From positions 1,165 to 65,164 of the forward strand of contig CATJXY010000018.1 of the NCBI GenBank assembly GCA_949744505.1: a DNA stretch of 64,000 bases, given 5' to 3'. Made by a program: the position numbers and the translations under genes. The stretch is from an uncultured Erysipelotrichaceae bacterium (GTDB lineage: Bacteria; Bacillota_I; Bacilli_A; Erysipelotrichales; Erysipelotrichaceae). Positions 18,113 through 28,758 of this stretch are shown here, in pieces (the first letter of the stretch is position 1; each line of letters opens with the position of its first letter). The notes beneath the pieces are model-generated. The model saw only the letters and a program-made list of their open reading frames with translations, did no database searches and had not been told where the DNA came from.

Positions 18113-18583
18113 ATGAATCAAATCGAAGAAATCAAAAAAATGATTGAACCAATCTTATCAGCTGCCAAAGTAGAATTATATGATTGCGATTGGCACAAGA
18201 GTGGCAAAAGTAAAATTCTACAAATTGCAATCATGCATGAAGATGGAGAAATGGATATTGATACTTGTCAAGAAATATCTGAAAAAATCTCTCTTTTATT
18301 GGATGAGCATGAGGACATGATTCCATTTGAGTACTTTTTGGAAGTATGTAGCCCCGGTGCGGAAAGAATTTTGCGTACTCATAAAGATATACTTCATGCA
18401 TGTGGTAAACATGTTTATATTAAACTTAAGCATGCAATTAAAAGTATGAATGAAGTAACGGGAGATTTGTTAGAGTGCAATGAAAATACATTGATTGTTG
18501 AATATGCAGATAAGTCAATCAAACGTAAAGTTTCAATAAATGAAGATGAAATCGAAATGATTCGATTAGCTGTAAAGTTTTAA
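18113..18583 (+). CDS. rimP: ribosome maturation factor RimP
   Basis: 156 aa with the LEVCSPGAERIL motif. It lies immediately upstream of nusA. Confidence 0.88.
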   Translation: MNQIEEIKKMIEPILSAAKVELYDCDWHKSGKSKILQIAIMHEDGEMDIDTCQEISEKISLLLDEHEDMIPFEYFLEVCSPGAERILRTHKDILHACGKHVYIKLKHAIKSMNEVTGDLLECNENTLIVEYADKSIKRKVSINEDEIEMIRLAVKF

Positions 18584-18599
18584 TTAAGGAGAGAATATT

Positions 18600-20240
18600 A
18601 TGAGAAAAGAAGCAAAAAAACAAGAAAATAAAGATAAAGATTTTCTAAGTGCTATGAATGCTATTGAAGATGATGGAAGTATCACCAAGGAAATTCTCGT
18701 TTCGGCCTTGGAAGAAGCTTTGGCAAAAGCATATCGTAAACATAAAGATATTGCTGATTTATTAGTTCGTGTAGAAATTGATGATAAAGGATTGCCTCGC
18801 GTTTTCCAACAGCGTACAGTTGTAGAAGAGTTGGAAGATGATGAATTAGAAGTTACTTTAGAAGAAGCAAGATTGCAGAATCCGGATGCACAATTAGGTG
18901 ATTTAATTGATGAGCAGGTTAATATTGCAGAGTTCGGTAGAAATGCGGCTGTTTTAGCTAAAAATGTTTTGAAACAGAAAGTAAGAGAAGCTCAAAAACA
19001 AGCAGTATATGATGAATATATTGATAAATTAGATGAAATGGTGAATGGGTTTGTACAATCTGTAGAAGAAAGATTTGTATTGGTTAATTTGGGAAAAACA
19101 GTTGCGATGATGCCTGCTAATCAGCAAATTCCAAATGAGGTATTACGTGAAGGACAAAATATTCGCGTTGTTATCACTCAAGTGAATAAAGAAACAAAGG
19201 GGGCCCAAGTGCTAGTTTCAAGGGCAAGTGAAAAACTTGTTAAACGTTTATTTGAACGTGAAGTTCCTGAAATCTATGATGGAATCATTGAAATTAAGGC
19301 TTTAGCTCGTGAGGCCGGAGAGCGCACTAAAATGGCAGTTTATTCTCATAATCCTGATGTTGATCCGATTGGAAGCTGTATCGGTCCTAGAGGAAGTAGA
19401 GTTCAGGTTGTTATTGAAGAACTTAAAGGTGAAAAAATTGATATCTTTGAATGGAGCGATAATACCCAAGAACTAATCAAAAATGCTTTAGCTCCTGCTA
19501 AAATTTTAGCTGTTTTACCTGGAGAAGATAAGCGTACTTTACTTGTTATCGTTGAGGATAATCAATTAAGTTTAGCAATTGGTAAAAAAGGTAAAAATGC
19601 TCGTTTGGCAGTAAAGTTAACGGGAACAAAAATTGATATTAAGACTCGTACAGAAATTGAAGAGGCCGGTATTGATTGGAAGAGTAAAATGATTGAATTT
19701 GCTGCTGAACAGGAAAGGGAAAGAAGAGCTAAAGAAGCTGAAGAACTTCTAAAAATGCAAGAAGCAATGGAAGAAGAAGTAGAAGAAATCACTGAAAATC
19801 CTATTTCTGTTGAAGAGGCTGTAGAAGATAAAGAATTGTCGGAAGAACCAATCATTGATGCTATGCAAGAAGAGGAATCTGTAGAGAACGAACCGGATGA
19901 AATTGAACCGGTTGAAGTACAGCAGAAGCCAGTTAAACCTATCGTAAAAGAAAGAAAACCTGTTACGGAGTATGTTTCTCGGTTTGAGCGTTTGGCAGAT
20001 ACATCAAAACCACAGGAAAAGAAAGAAGCTCCTAAGAAGAGAAAGAATGTCGTTAAAGATGAAGAACGCCGTTTATCTAATAAGATTTTGAAAAAAGATA
20101 AAGATTATGAATTACGCCCAATTTATTCTGAACAGGAATTAGAAGAAATTGCGTTGAATGAAGAATTAGAAGAGGCAAATTCATGGATTGAGGATGATAT
20201 TGATTTCGATGAATACGATTCATACTATGATCAAGACTAG
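18600..20240 (+). CDS. nusA: transcription termination/antitermination factor NusA with a long acidic C-terminal extension
   Basis: N-terminal domain, S1 and KH1/KH2 (IGPRGSRVQ, AIGKKGKNARLA), followed by about 190 aa that are Glu/Asp/Lys-rich. Confidence 0.92.
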   Translation: MRKEAKKQENKDKDFLSAMNAIEDDGSITKEILVSALEEALAKAYRKHKDIADLLVRVEIDDKGLPRVFQQRTVVEELEDDELEVTLEEARLQNPDAQLGDLIDEQVNIAEFGRNAAVLAKNVLKQKVREAQKQAVYDEYIDKLDEMVNGFVQSVEERFVLVNLGKTVAMMPANQQIPNEVLREGQNIRVVITQVNKETKGAQVLVSRASEKLVKRLFEREVPEIYDGIIEIKALAREAGERTKMAVYSHNPDVDPIGSCIGPRGSRVQVVIEELKGEKIDIFEWSDNTQELIKNALAPAKILAVLPGEDKRTLLVIVEDNQLSLAIGKKGKNARLAVKLTGTKIDIKTRTEIEEAGIDWKSKMIEFAAEQERERRAKEAEELLKMQEAMEEEVEEITENPISVEEAVEDKELSEEPIIDAMQEEESVENEPDEIEPVEVQQKPVKPIVKERKPVTEYVSRFERLADTSKPQEKKEAPKKRKNVVKDEERRLSNKILKKDKDYELRPIYSEQELEEIALNEELEEANSWIEDDIDFDEYDSYYDQD

Positions 20241-20254
20241 TTTGGAGGGATGGT

Positions 20255-20512
20255 ATGAAAAAAATACCTTTGAGAAAATGTGTGGCGACACAAGAACAAT
20301 TGCCTAAAAAGGAACTGCTGAGAATTGTAAAGACTCCTGATGGAGATGTTAAAGTAGATATTAGCGGAAAAGCTAATGGACGAGGGGCATATCTCAAAAA
20401 GAGTATGGATGCACTTGCTCTTGCAAAAAAGAAAAAATGTTTAGATAAATCATTGGAATGCACAGTTAATGATGATGTTTATGCAGAAATAGAGAAGGTT
20501 ATTCTTGGATAG
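20255..20512 (+). CDS. ylxR: YlxR/RnpM family RNA-binding protein (DUF448)
   Basis: PLRKCVATQEQLPKKELLRIV...GRGAYL hallmark sequence, and its position between nusA and infB. Confidence 0.88.
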   Translation: MKKIPLRKCVATQEQLPKKELLRIVKTPDGDVKVDISGKANGRGAYLKKSMDALALAKKKKCLDKSLECTVNDDVYAEIEKVILG

Positions 20513-20810
20513 CAAAATTAAAGGATATTTAGGTCTTGCTGCACGTATCAGAAAGATTGAAACCGGAGAAAGAGCAAGCCTTTCGATTCGAAATAAAAAG
20601 GCAAAATGCTGTGTTCTTGCAGAAGATTGCGGTGAAAATGCCAAAAAGAAAATTCAAGATAAATGTGCATTTTATGAGATTGAACTTGTATATGTAAATA
20701 GCAGAGAAGAGTTGTCTCTTGCGCTCGGTAAAGCAAATTCGCCATATGTGACAATTACCGATGAAGGAATTGCGAAGCAGATACTTAAAAGAAACAAGGA
20801 GGTAATTTAA
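20505..20810 (+). CDS. ylxQ: L7Ae-family RNA-binding protein YlxQ
   Basis: [14 protein letters not shown]... pattern, a TTG start overlapping the ylxR end, and a stop overlapping the infB ATG. Confidence 0.75.
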   Translation: MDSKIKGYLGLAARIRKIETGERASLSIRNKKAKCCVLAEDCGENAKKKIQDKCAFYEIELVYVNSREELSLALGKANSPYVTITDEGIAKQILKRNKEVI

Positions 20811-22651
20811 TGGCAAAACAGCAGAATAATAAGAATAAGAACAAAAATAAAAGAGGAAGTTCAAAACCTCAGAATACTTTTAAACCAAGAGAAGAAAAGG
20901 TAAAGTTAATTACGTATCAAGATGGAATTACAGTAGGTGAATTGGCTCAAAAAATGAATCGTAATGCCAGTGATATCATAAAACTTTTGTTTATGTTAGG
21001 GAAAATGGTTACGATCAACAGTACCATGGAAGATGAATTGATTGAATTGGTTTGCATGGAATATGGAATTGAGTATACAAAAGAAGCGATTATTGATGAA
21101 AATTCATTGGAAGATACAGAAGTAGATGAAGATGATTCCAATCTTGAAGAAAGACCGCCGATTGTTACAATTATGGGACATGTCGACCATGGTAAAACAA
21201 CACTTTTGGATACAATCAGAAAGAGTCATGTTGTTTCCGGCGAATTCGGTGGAATCACTCAACATATCGGTGCTTATCAAGTTAGTGTACAAGGAAAAAA
21301 AGTTACATTTCTTGATACTCCGGGGCATGAAGCATTTACTGCAATGCGTGCTCGTGGAGCAAAGGTTACGGATGTTTGTATTATTGTAGTAGCAGCAGAT
21401 GATGGAGTCATGCCGCAAACAAGAGAGGCAATTGACCATGCTCGTGCGGCAGAAGTGCCAATTATCATTGCGTTAAATAAGATGGATAAACCAGATGTTA
21501 ATCCGGATCGAGTCATGAATGAACTGGCTGATTTGGGGTTATTACCGGAAGAGTGGGGCGGAGATACAATTTTTGTAAAATGCGCTGCTAAAACCGGATT
21601 GGGTGTACAGGATATTTTAGATACAGTTTTAGTTGTTTCTGAAGTATTGGAATTAAAGGCAAATCCAAAGCATTCTGCTACCGGAACTGTTATTGAAGCT
21701 AAGTTAGATAAAGGTAGAGGACCGGTTGCAACACTACTTGTTGAAAATGGAACATTACGATCAGGAGATCCTGTCGTCGTCGGGGCATGTTTTGGACGTG
21801 TTCGTAAGATGACAGATGATATGGGAAGAGAAATTAAAGAGGCTAAACCATCTACTCCGGTTGAAATTATTGGTTTAAATGATGTTCCGATTGCCGGAGA
21901 TAATTTCAAAGCATTTGCAAATGAAAGACAAGCAAGAGAAGTTGCAGAACGCCGTGCTCAAAGTAAAATTGAGTCAGAACGTAAATCAACAAGTGCCATG
22001 AGTTTGGAAGATTTATCAAAACAAATTGAAGAAGGCGGACTTCAAGAAATTAATGTTATTGTTAAAGCTGATGTACAAGGATCAGCAGAAGCAGTTAAGT
22101 CAAGTTTGGAAAGAATTGATGTAGATGGTGTGAGAGTGAATGTTATTCGTAGTACTGCGGGAGCCATCAGTGAATCAGATATCATGCTTGCATCTGCTTC
22201 TCATGCTGTTATTTACGGATTTAATGTTCGACCGGATGCGAATGTAAGAAAAAAAGCTGAAGAAGAAGGGGTTCAAATTAAACTTCATAACATTATCTAT
22301 AAAGCTGTAGAAGAAATGGAATTGGCCATGAAGGGAATGCTTGCTCCGGTTTATGAAGAAGTAATTCTAGGGCAAGCAGTTGTTCGTCAAACATTTAAGG
22401 TTTCAAAAGTTGGAACGATTGCCGGTTGTATGGTTACGGATGGAAAACTTGTTCGTGAATGTGGTGTTCGACTTATTCGTGACGGAATTGTAATTTACAG
22501 CGGTAATTTGGGAAGCTTAAAGAGATTCCAAAATGATGCAAAAGAAGTACAGAGCGGATATGAGTGTGGTTTAACGATTGAGAATTTTAATGATATCAAA
22601 GAAGGAGATATCATTGAAGCACATACTGAACAAGTAGTTCCAGTTGAATAG
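20810..22651 (+). CDS. infB: translation initiation factor IF-2
   Basis: G-domain motifs [20 protein letters not shown] and NKMD. Length is 613 aa, with a short N-terminal region. Confidence 0.96.
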   Translation: MAKQQNNKNKNKNKRGSSKPQNTFKPREEKVKLITYQDGITVGELAQKMNRNASDIIKLLFMLGKMVTINSTMEDELIELVCMEYGIEYTKEAIIDENSLEDTEVDEDDSNLEERPPIVTIMGHVDHGKTTLLDTIRKSHVVSGEFGGITQHIGAYQVSVQGKKVTFLDTPGHEAFTAMRARGAKVTDVCIIVVAADDGVMPQTREAIDHARAAEVPIIIALNKMDKPDVNPDRVMNELADLGLLPEEWGGDTIFVKCAAKTGLGVQDILDTVLVVSEVLELKANPKHSATGTVIEAKLDKGRGPVATLLVENGTLRSGDPVVVGACFGRVRKMTDDMGREIKEAKPSTPVEIIGLNDVPIAGDNFKAFANERQAREVAERRAQSKIESERKSTSAMSLEDLSKQIEEGGLQEINVIVKADVQGSAEAVKSSLERIDVDGVRVNVIRSTAGAISESDIMLASASHAVIYGFNVRPDANVRKKAEEEGVQIKLHNIIYKAVEEMELAMKGMLAPVYEEVILGQAVVRQTFKVSKVGTIAGCMVTDGKLVRECGVRLIRDGIVIYSGNLGSLKRFQNDAKEVQSGYECGLTIENFNDIKEGDIIEAHTEQVVPVE

Positions 22652-22662
22652 AGGAAAAGTAA

Positions 22663-23013
22663 ATGAGTTCAGTTAAAATTAAACGCATAAATAGTTCTAT
22701 TTTGAAAGAAGTGACGGATATCATTCAAAATTCTGTAAAAGATCCGAAATTGGGATTTGTTACGATTACTGATGTAGATGTTACAAATGATCTTTCTTAT
22801 GCAAAGGTTTACATTTCGTTTCTTGGAAAAAAAGAGAGAAACGATGCAGGTCTCAATGTATTGAATAAGGCAAAAGGTCATATTCGTAGTGAATTGGCTA
22901 AGCGTCTTACGACAAGAAAGGTTCCTGAGTTGATTTTTATTTTGGATGATTCATTAGAAAAAGGAAATAGAATTGAATCTATTTTAAATGAAATTAGCAA
23001 AGAAAGTGAGTGA
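22663..23013 (+). CDS. rbfA: ribosome-binding factor A
   Basis: 116 aa with KDPKLGFVTITDVDVTNDLSYAKVYIS, which is typical of RbfA. Confidence 0.9.
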   Translation: MSSVKIKRINSSILKEVTDIIQNSVKDPKLGFVTITDVDVTNDLSYAKVYISFLGKKERNDAGLNVLNKAKGHIRSELAKRLTTRKVPELIFILDDSLEKGNRIESILNEISKESE

Positions 23014-23094
23014 AAAAGCATTCACTTTTTTTAATAATAGTTCTTTATGATCGGATTGTGTTGTATAATATCCGAAAAGAATAGGAGATGGAAC

Positions 23095-23961
23095 ATGCGA
23101 GCAGATTTGCACATACATAGTGAATATAGTTATGATTCATATGAAACAATTGAATCAATAATAGAAAAGGCAAAAGAGAATAATATTGATTTTATCGCAG
23201 TATGCGATCATGATGCAATTGAAGGATCAAAGCTTTTATTAAAGCAAAATGATATTTCTTGTATCTCCGGAATTGAAATTGATTGCTTCTTTAAATCTGA
23301 AGTCATTCATATATTAGGATATGGGTGTGATCTTTCTGATGAACGGTTTAAACAAATTGAAACTAATTATACATCAGAATTAAACCGATGTAGTGATACA
23401 TTGATTTCAATGATGGAATCCTATTATCATATTCACATGGATAAACAAAAAATTATTGATTATTCAAAAGGAAAACCTGTTACACACGTTGCTATTACTG
23501 AGCATTTATTAAATGATTTTAAACATGAGGAATTAATTCCATACCAAATAGGAGAAAAGGCGGGAAGTCCGATTGCGAATTATTATTGGGATTATTTAGC
23601 AATTGGAAAGCTATTTTACCTTCCTAAAAAAATTCCAAATGCGCAAGAGATAATTCAACTCATTCATGAAACAAAAGGAGTTGCAATCATCGCTCATCCT
23701 TTTGTTAATATTGGATGCAATCGAACTGCTGCCATAGAATTGTATGAAATGGGAGCGGATGGATTTGAAGTATATTGTTCTTATCATAAACAAGAACAAG
23801 TACAATTCTTTCATGAACTTTGTATGCAATTAAATTGTCTTGAAACAGCGGGAAGTGATTATCATGGGAATATCAAACCAAATGTGCTATTTGGAATGAC
23901 AAATTATGAAGGAGATTGTGATAAAATGATTGAAGCATTAATGAAAAGGGTTAGAAGATGA
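23095..23961 (+). CDS. PHP domain metal-dependent phosphoesterase
   Basis: MRADLHIHSEYSYDS followed by CDHD, and a C-terminal SDYHG PHP motif set. I chose the ATG at 23095. Confidence 0.75.
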   Translation: MRADLHIHSEYSYDSYETIESIIEKAKENNIDFIAVCDHDAIEGSKLLLKQNDISCISGIEIDCFFKSEVIHILGYGCDLSDERFKQIETNYTSELNRCSDTLISMMESYYHIHMDKQKIIDYSKGKPVTHVAITEHLLNDFKHEELIPYQIGEKAGSPIANYYWDYLAIGKLFYLPKKIPNAQEIIQLIHETKGVAIIAHPFVNIGCNRTAAIELYEMGADGFEVYCSYHKQEQVQFFHELCMQLNCLETAGSDYHGNIKPNVLFGMTNYEGDCDKMIEALMKRVRR

Positions 23962-24728
23962 AAAAATATTGTACAATTTCAAGAAATGATGAATTTTCAA
24001 AAGAAATAGAAAAAAATATTCAACTAAGAATGGAAAAGGAAAGATGGGTTTTTGATAAAGAAACTCCGGATTTTATTTTTGTGATTGGAGGAGATGGGAC
24101 TTTTTTACATGCGGTTCATAGTTATTTAGATAAGCTTTCTGAACTTTGTTTCATCGGCATTCATACCGGAACTTTAGGCTTTTTTACGGATTATCAAAGT
24201 GATGAATTGGAGCAATTTTATAATGATATATTTTACAAAAATCCAACTATTCAAGAATATAGAATGTTAAAGTGCCAACTTTCAGATAAGATAATGTATG
24301 GTTTAAATGAAGTGAGAGTGGAGAATGTTCATAAGACACAATTAATTGATGTCTATATAAATAAATCTAAATTAGAAAGATTTAGAGGAACAGGACTATG
24401 TGTTTGTACACAATTAGGATCCACTGCATATAATCGTTCTTTAAATGGAGCAGTTATACAGAATGAGTTGGAACTTTTAGAGTTATGTGAAATAACGGGG
24501 ATTCATCATCGAGAATATCGTTCATTAGGATCAGCTTTGATTTTACATCCGGAGACAGAAATTATTTTTCATTCTTCTAATTATGAGGGAGCGGTACTTT
24601 GTTGGGATCAGTATTCACTAGATTTAAGGGAAGAAAATGAAGTCAAGATTCAATTGTCGAATAAAAAAGTGAAAATCGCACGGTATCGACCATACGATTA
24701 TATTAATCATTTGAAAAATTTGTTTTAA
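23958..24728 (+). CDS. nadK: NAD kinase
   Basis: GGDGTFLH, the NE..V motif, and GSTAYNRSLNG. Confidence 0.9.
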   Translation: MKKYCTISRNDEFSKEIEKNIQLRMEKERWVFDKETPDFIFVIGGDGTFLHAVHSYLDKLSELCFIGIHTGTLGFFTDYQSDELEQFYNDIFYKNPTIQEYRMLKCQLSDKIMYGLNEVRVENVHKTQLIDVYINKSKLERFRGTGLCVCTQLGSTAYNRSLNGAVIQNELELLELCEITGIHHREYRSLGSALILHPETEIIFHSSNYEGAVLCWDQYSLDLREENEVKIQLSNKKVKIARYRPYDYINHLKNLF

Positions 24729-26140
24729 GAGTTATGTTTATTAATGGAACGTCTTAAAAATAATCTGGAACAAGCAGTTTTATCAAATGGAAAAAGTGGA
24801 TAGAGATAGCATCTGTGGTTTAATGTTTTGGTCGTAAATAACATGACTAATATTAGGATCAATCCCAAAAGAAATCCCCAGATATTGAGAATTCCGGTAA
24901 GAATTAATAGCATAATTCTAAAGAATTTAAATGCATAACCCAATTCAATACTTGGTTGAGTAAATGTTGTAATAGCAACAAAACTCATATATAAAACGAC
25001 TTGTGGAACAAATAAGCTTGCTTTTACGGCAAAATCTCCTAAAATAATAGCTCCTAAGATACTGAATGAATTGCTTAAAGCACTGGGTGTGTTTAAAGAT
25101 GCTAATTTTAATCCATCGACAACAAATTCAATGATGAGAAGTTGTAGTAAAATTGGAATAGGTCCATATGTTTCGGGAAGTAGGAAGGTTAAAGAGTTTG
25201 GTAACAGATCGGGATTTTTGACAAAAAGATACCATAGAGGTGTCAAAAATAAAGTTAACACAAAAATAACTAAACGAATCATCCTTAAATAAGTCCCTAA
25301 TAATGGAGGAAAATAAAAGTCGTTGGTTTCCTGCAGAAAATCAAAAAAACTTGTGGGCAAAATCATGACTGAAGGGGAATTGTCGATAAGGATGGCAATA
25401 CTTCCTTCAACGATACTTGCGGTGGTACTATCTGGTCTTTCGCTATAACGAATCCTTGGTAGAGGATTGTATAATTGTTTTGAAAGAAGACATTCTGCAA
25501 GGCTTTCTTGTGACATTGTCAGGTTGTCAATTGTCATTTTGTTTAATTTATTTCTTAATTCTTTTAAAAATGCGGTGTCTACTTTTTCTTTCATATAACA
25601 AAGCACAACATCTGAACAAGATTGTTTTCCTACTTGATGATATTCCATTGTTAGAGATGGATCTCGCAATCTTCTTCTTATCAGAGCTGTATTAAAAATA
25701 AGAGTTTCATTAAATCCATCATGAGATCCTCTTAATACTCGGTCATCATCCGGTTCCTCTATACCTCTTGTCGGATACTCGCGAATGTCTAAAAATATCA
25801 TTGCATTGTATCCTTCAATCAAAAGTCCTAGAGCTCCGCTCAAAATTGTAGTGATACTTTGATCAAAATCTTTTTCTACATTAGATTCAATATAGGGAAC
25901 ACGTGCTTGAATAAATTCATAGGGGTCTTTCCACTCAACAAAGTCTTTTTCTTTTGTGTTGATGAAAAACTCTAATATTTTTTCCATAACTTCATCTTTA
26001 CAAAGTCCATCTACAAAATAGTAACTGGCTTGATGATTTCCGATTAATAAATTTCGTTCGATTATATCAAAATTTTGATCGATTTGAAGTGAATCATGAA
26101 TCATTTTTTTATTTTCTTTATAGGAATCTGTTAATTGCAT
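24725..26140 (-). CDS. spore germination protein, GerA-family A subunit / SpoVAF-like
   Basis: 471 aa with the pattern RYSERPDSTTASIVEGSIAILIDNSPSVMILPTSFFDFLQ, followed by C-terminal TM helices. No GerB- or GerC-type genes are adjacent. Confidence 0.8.
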   Translation of the reverse strand: MQLTDSYKENKKMIHDSLQIDQNFDIIERNLLIGNHQASYYFVDGLCKDEVMEKILEFFINTKEKDFVEWKDPYEFIQARVPYIESNVEKDFDQSITTILSGALGLLIEGYNAMIFLDIREYPTRGIEEPDDDRVLRGSHDGFNETLIFNTALIRRRLRDPSLTMEYHQVGKQSCSDVVLCYMKEKVDTAFLKELRNKLNKMTIDNLTMSQESLAECLLSKQLYNPLPRIRYSERPDSTTASIVEGSIAILIDNSPSVMILPTSFFDFLQETNDFYFPPLLGTYLRMIRLVIFVLTLFLTPLWYLFVKNPDLLPNSLTFLLPETYGPIPILLQLLIIEFVVDGLKLASLNTPSALSNSFSILGAIILGDFAVKASLFVPQVVLYMSFVAITTFTQPSIELGYAFKFFRIMLLILTGILNIWGFLLGLILILVMLFTTKTLNHRCYLYPLFPFDKTACSRLFLRRSINKHNS

Positions 26141-26252
26141 AGCTTATACCTCGATATTATCTTGTGACAAGTTTTAATTTTTAAACAAAAAAGAAGTGAT
26201 GTTTATTTTCAAGTAATAGTTGAAATGTTATACTTGTAATGGAGTGATGATT

Positions 26253-26756
26253 ATGGAAAAGATATCGAAATTCAGTCGAGTTTCTTTTGAACAATTTTGT
26301 GAAGGGTTTGATGAATCCGTTCAAGAGGAACAACTAAGAAAAATGTATGAAGATTTAAGATGCCCTAAAAGGGCTACAGTGGGATCTGCGGGATATGATT
26401 TTTATGCACCTTTTGATTTTGAACTAAAACCGAAAGAAACGATAAAAATTCCAACCGGGATGCGATGTGAAATACAAAACGGATGGGTCTTGATGATTTT
26501 TCCGAGAAGTGGTCTTGGATTTAAGTATCGTCTACAACTGAATAATACAACAGGGATTATTGACAGTGACTATGCTTACTCTGATAATGAAGGACATATT
26601 TTTATCAAAGTAACAAATGACAGCAATGAAAATAAAATTTGTACTGTAAAAAAAGGAGAAGGGTTCGCTCAAGGAATTTTTGTTCCTTTTGGTATCTGTG
26701 AAGATGATGAAGTAAGTGAATTGCGAAATGGTGGCTTTGGGAGTACGACAAAATGA
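26253..26756 (+). CDS. dut: dUTP diphosphatase (trimeric dUTPase, YncF-like)
   Basis: GSAGYDFYAP, PRSGLG, GIIDSDY and a C-terminal GGFGST motif. I chose the ATG at 26253. Confidence 0.85.
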   Translation: MEKISKFSRVSFEQFCEGFDESVQEEQLRKMYEDLRCPKRATVGSAGYDFYAPFDFELKPKETIKIPTGMRCEIQNGWVLMIFPRSGLGFKYRLQLNNTTGIIDSDYAYSDNEGHIFIKVTNDSNENKICTVKKGEGFAQGIFVPFGICEDDEVSELRNGGFGSTTK

Positions 26757-27154
26757 AAAAGATTTTAGCTAAGTTAAGAAGTTTTATGGCTAGAAGATAT
26801 GGTACAGATGATTTAAATCGTTTTCTATTACGTTGTATTTTAGTAGTGGCTATAATTGGGGCAATTTTCAATTCTATTTTCTTTAAGTCATTAGCGATTG
26901 TTTTACTTGGATGGGCTTTTTATCGTGCTATGTCAAAACAGATTTGGAATCGACAAAAGGAAAACTATAAATTTAAAGAAATGATGAAGCCATTGAATAA
27001 TGAGATGGACTTAATTGTTAAAAATTTAAAGGATCAGAATTACCGCTATTTTCGATGTCCGAATTGTGGTCAAATCGTACGAGTGCCCAGAGGAAAGGGA
27101 AAGATAGAAATCAAATGTCCGCGATGTAGTAGTAAGTTTGATAAGAAAAGCTAG
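26753..27154 (+). CDS. membrane-anchored zinc-ribbon protein, unknown function
   Basis: Hydrophobic segments followed by CPNCGQ...CPRCSS. Its start overlaps the dut stop. Confidence 0.6.
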   Translation: MKKILAKLRSFMARRYGTDDLNRFLLRCILVVAIIGAIFNSIFFKSLAIVLLGWAFYRAMSKQIWNRQKENYKFKEMMKPLNNEMDLIVKNLKDQNYRYFRCPNCGQIVRVPRGKGKIEIKCPRCSSKFDKKS

Positions 27155-27183
27155 TTGACTTTCGATTTTCTGTCAGTTATAAT
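27155..27183 (+). promoter_or_regulatory. sigma-A promoter of tyrS
   Basis: TTGACT, a 17-bp spacer, and TATAAT. Confidence 0.75.
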
Positions 27184-27189
27184 AACTGT

Positions 27190-27406
27190 GCGTTGAAGAG
27201 AAAAGAGCTTAGATAAATAGCTTATAGAGAGATAAGGGTTGCTGGAACTTATCAGTTGTTGCTAAGAAATACACCTCAGAGCTTCTTATTGAAAAGATAA
27301 GACGTATTCTTTGCGTTAAAAAGGAATGAGACATTCTGAAAGTTGAATGTAAACTAAGGTGGTACCACGTTTTAAACAAGCGTCCTTGAATAAGGATGCT
27401 TTTTTT
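27190..27406 (+). promoter_or_regulatory. T-box leader, tyrosine specifier (UAC)
   Basis: AGAGA box, GGTTGC, and specifier-loop AAATACA with TAC at 27270-27272. The T-box sequence AAACTAAGGTGGTACCACG lies at 27351-27369. The terminator is AGCGTCCTT/AAGGATGCT plus TTTTTT (27379-27406). Confidence 0.88.
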
Positions 27407-27426
27407 ATAAATTAGGAGGAAGAAAT

Positions 27427-28686
27427 ATGAATTTTTTTGAAGAATTGAAATGGCGCGGATTAGTAAAAGATGTGACAGATGAAGAAGGGCTAAAAGAAAG
27501 AATACAAAATCCGATGACAGTATACTGTGGTTTTGATCCAACTGCAGATTCTTTACACATCGGGCATTTGCAACAAATTTTATTGCTTAGAAGATATCAA
27601 TTGGCAGGACATAAACCGATTGCTTTATGTGGTGGAGCAACGGGAATGATAGGTGATCCACGTCCTACAACAGAAAGAAAGATGATTTCTTTGGATGAGG
27701 TGGCTCATAATGTTGAATGCATTCGCTCTCAACTATCTCATTTTTTGGATTTTGATGAAACAAAGGAAAACTGTGCAATCTTAGAAAATAATTATAACTG
27801 GCTCGGAAAAATAAATATTTTGGATTTCTTAAGAGATTATGGAAAACATTTTAATGTCAGTTATATGATTTCAAAAGATATTATTGCAAGTCGTCTTCAA
27901 TCAGGAATCAGTTTCACAGAATTTACTTATACAATACTTCAAGCGGCAGATTTCTTGCACTTATATCAAAACTATAATTGTGAAATGCAAATCGGTGGAA
28001 GTGATCAGTGGGGAAATCTTGTATCAGGAACAGATTTAATTCGTAAAATTTGTGGAGATAAAGCAAAAGTTTATGGTGTAACTTCTCCGCTTATCACGAA
28101 AAGTGACGGATCCAAGTTTGGAAAGAGTGAAGGCGGAAATATTTGGCTTGATCCAAATAAAACAAGTGCATATCAATTTTATCAATTCTGGGTAAATGTT
28201 TCTGATGAAGATATCGAGTCTTTATTAAAGCGTTTATCTTGCAGAAGTGTAGAGGAAATACAGGCACTGATTAAATCTAAAGAAGAAGCTCCACATTTAA
28301 GAGAAGCTCAAAGAGCATTAGCTGAAGAGTTAACACTTTTGGTACATGGAGAAGCAGGACTTGAAAGTGCAAAACGAATTACTGAAACACTTTTTAAAGG
28401 AGATATCACAACATTAGCCTTTGATGAGATGAAAGAAGCACTACATGATGCGCCAAGTGCAATGATTACATCGAATACGAGTTTGGTGGATGTTTTGGTA
28501 GAAGCAAATATCGCTAAAAGTAAGCGAGAAGCAAGAGAATGGATTGCACAAGGATCCATTCAAGTAAATGGTCACAAAGTTCAGGATTTGGAGTTTGTTG
28601 TGGATAAAAAGGATGCATTTAATGAAGAGTTGACAATTATTAAAAAAGGTAAAAGAAATTGGTTTGTATGTAGTTATAAAAATTAG
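27427..28686 (+). CDS. tyrS: tyrosine--tRNA ligase
   Basis: HIGH motif (SLHIGHL), KMSKS-type KFGKSEGG, and a C-terminal S4 domain. Confidence 0.96.
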   Translation: MNFFEELKWRGLVKDVTDEEGLKERIQNPMTVYCGFDPTADSLHIGHLQQILLLRRYQLAGHKPIALCGGATGMIGDPRPTTERKMISLDEVAHNVECIRSQLSHFLDFDETKENCAILENNYNWLGKINILDFLRDYGKHFNVSYMISKDIIASRLQSGISFTEFTYTILQAADFLHLYQNYNCEMQIGGSDQWGNLVSGTDLIRKICGDKAKVYGVTSPLITKSDGSKFGKSEGGNIWLDPNKTSAYQFYQFWVNVSDEDIESLLKRLSCRSVEEIQALIKSKEEAPHLREAQRALAEELTLLVHGEAGLESAKRITETLFKGDITTLAFDEMKEALHDAPSAMITSNTSLVDVLVEANIAKSKREAREWIAQGSIQVNGHKVQDLEFVVDKKDAFNEELTIIKKGKRNWFVCSYKN

Positions 28687-28709
28687 GCAGTGAAAACTGC
28701 CTTTCTTTT
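28685..28709 (+). terminator. intrinsic terminator after tyrS
   Basis: Stem AGGCAG/CTGCCT followed by TTCTTTT. Confidence 0.65.
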
Positions 28710-28758
28710 AAAAAAGAAAGGAGACATTGTAGGATAATTTCTGCATGAGTAAGAGAAA

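Noticed and set aside
21277-21909. A 210-aa antisense ORF inside infB. Many similar antisense or out-of-frame ORFs appear in the track, for example 565-810, 1018-1365, 2615-2878, 7103-7527, 15663-16049, 20077-20864, 25071-25695, 27209-27541 and 33568-33828.
   Set aside because: All lie wholly within strongly supported conserved genes or RNA leaders. They have no SD sequence, and their composition is the low-complexity Ser/Ile/Phe-rich type expected from reading AT-rich coding DNA in the wrong frame.
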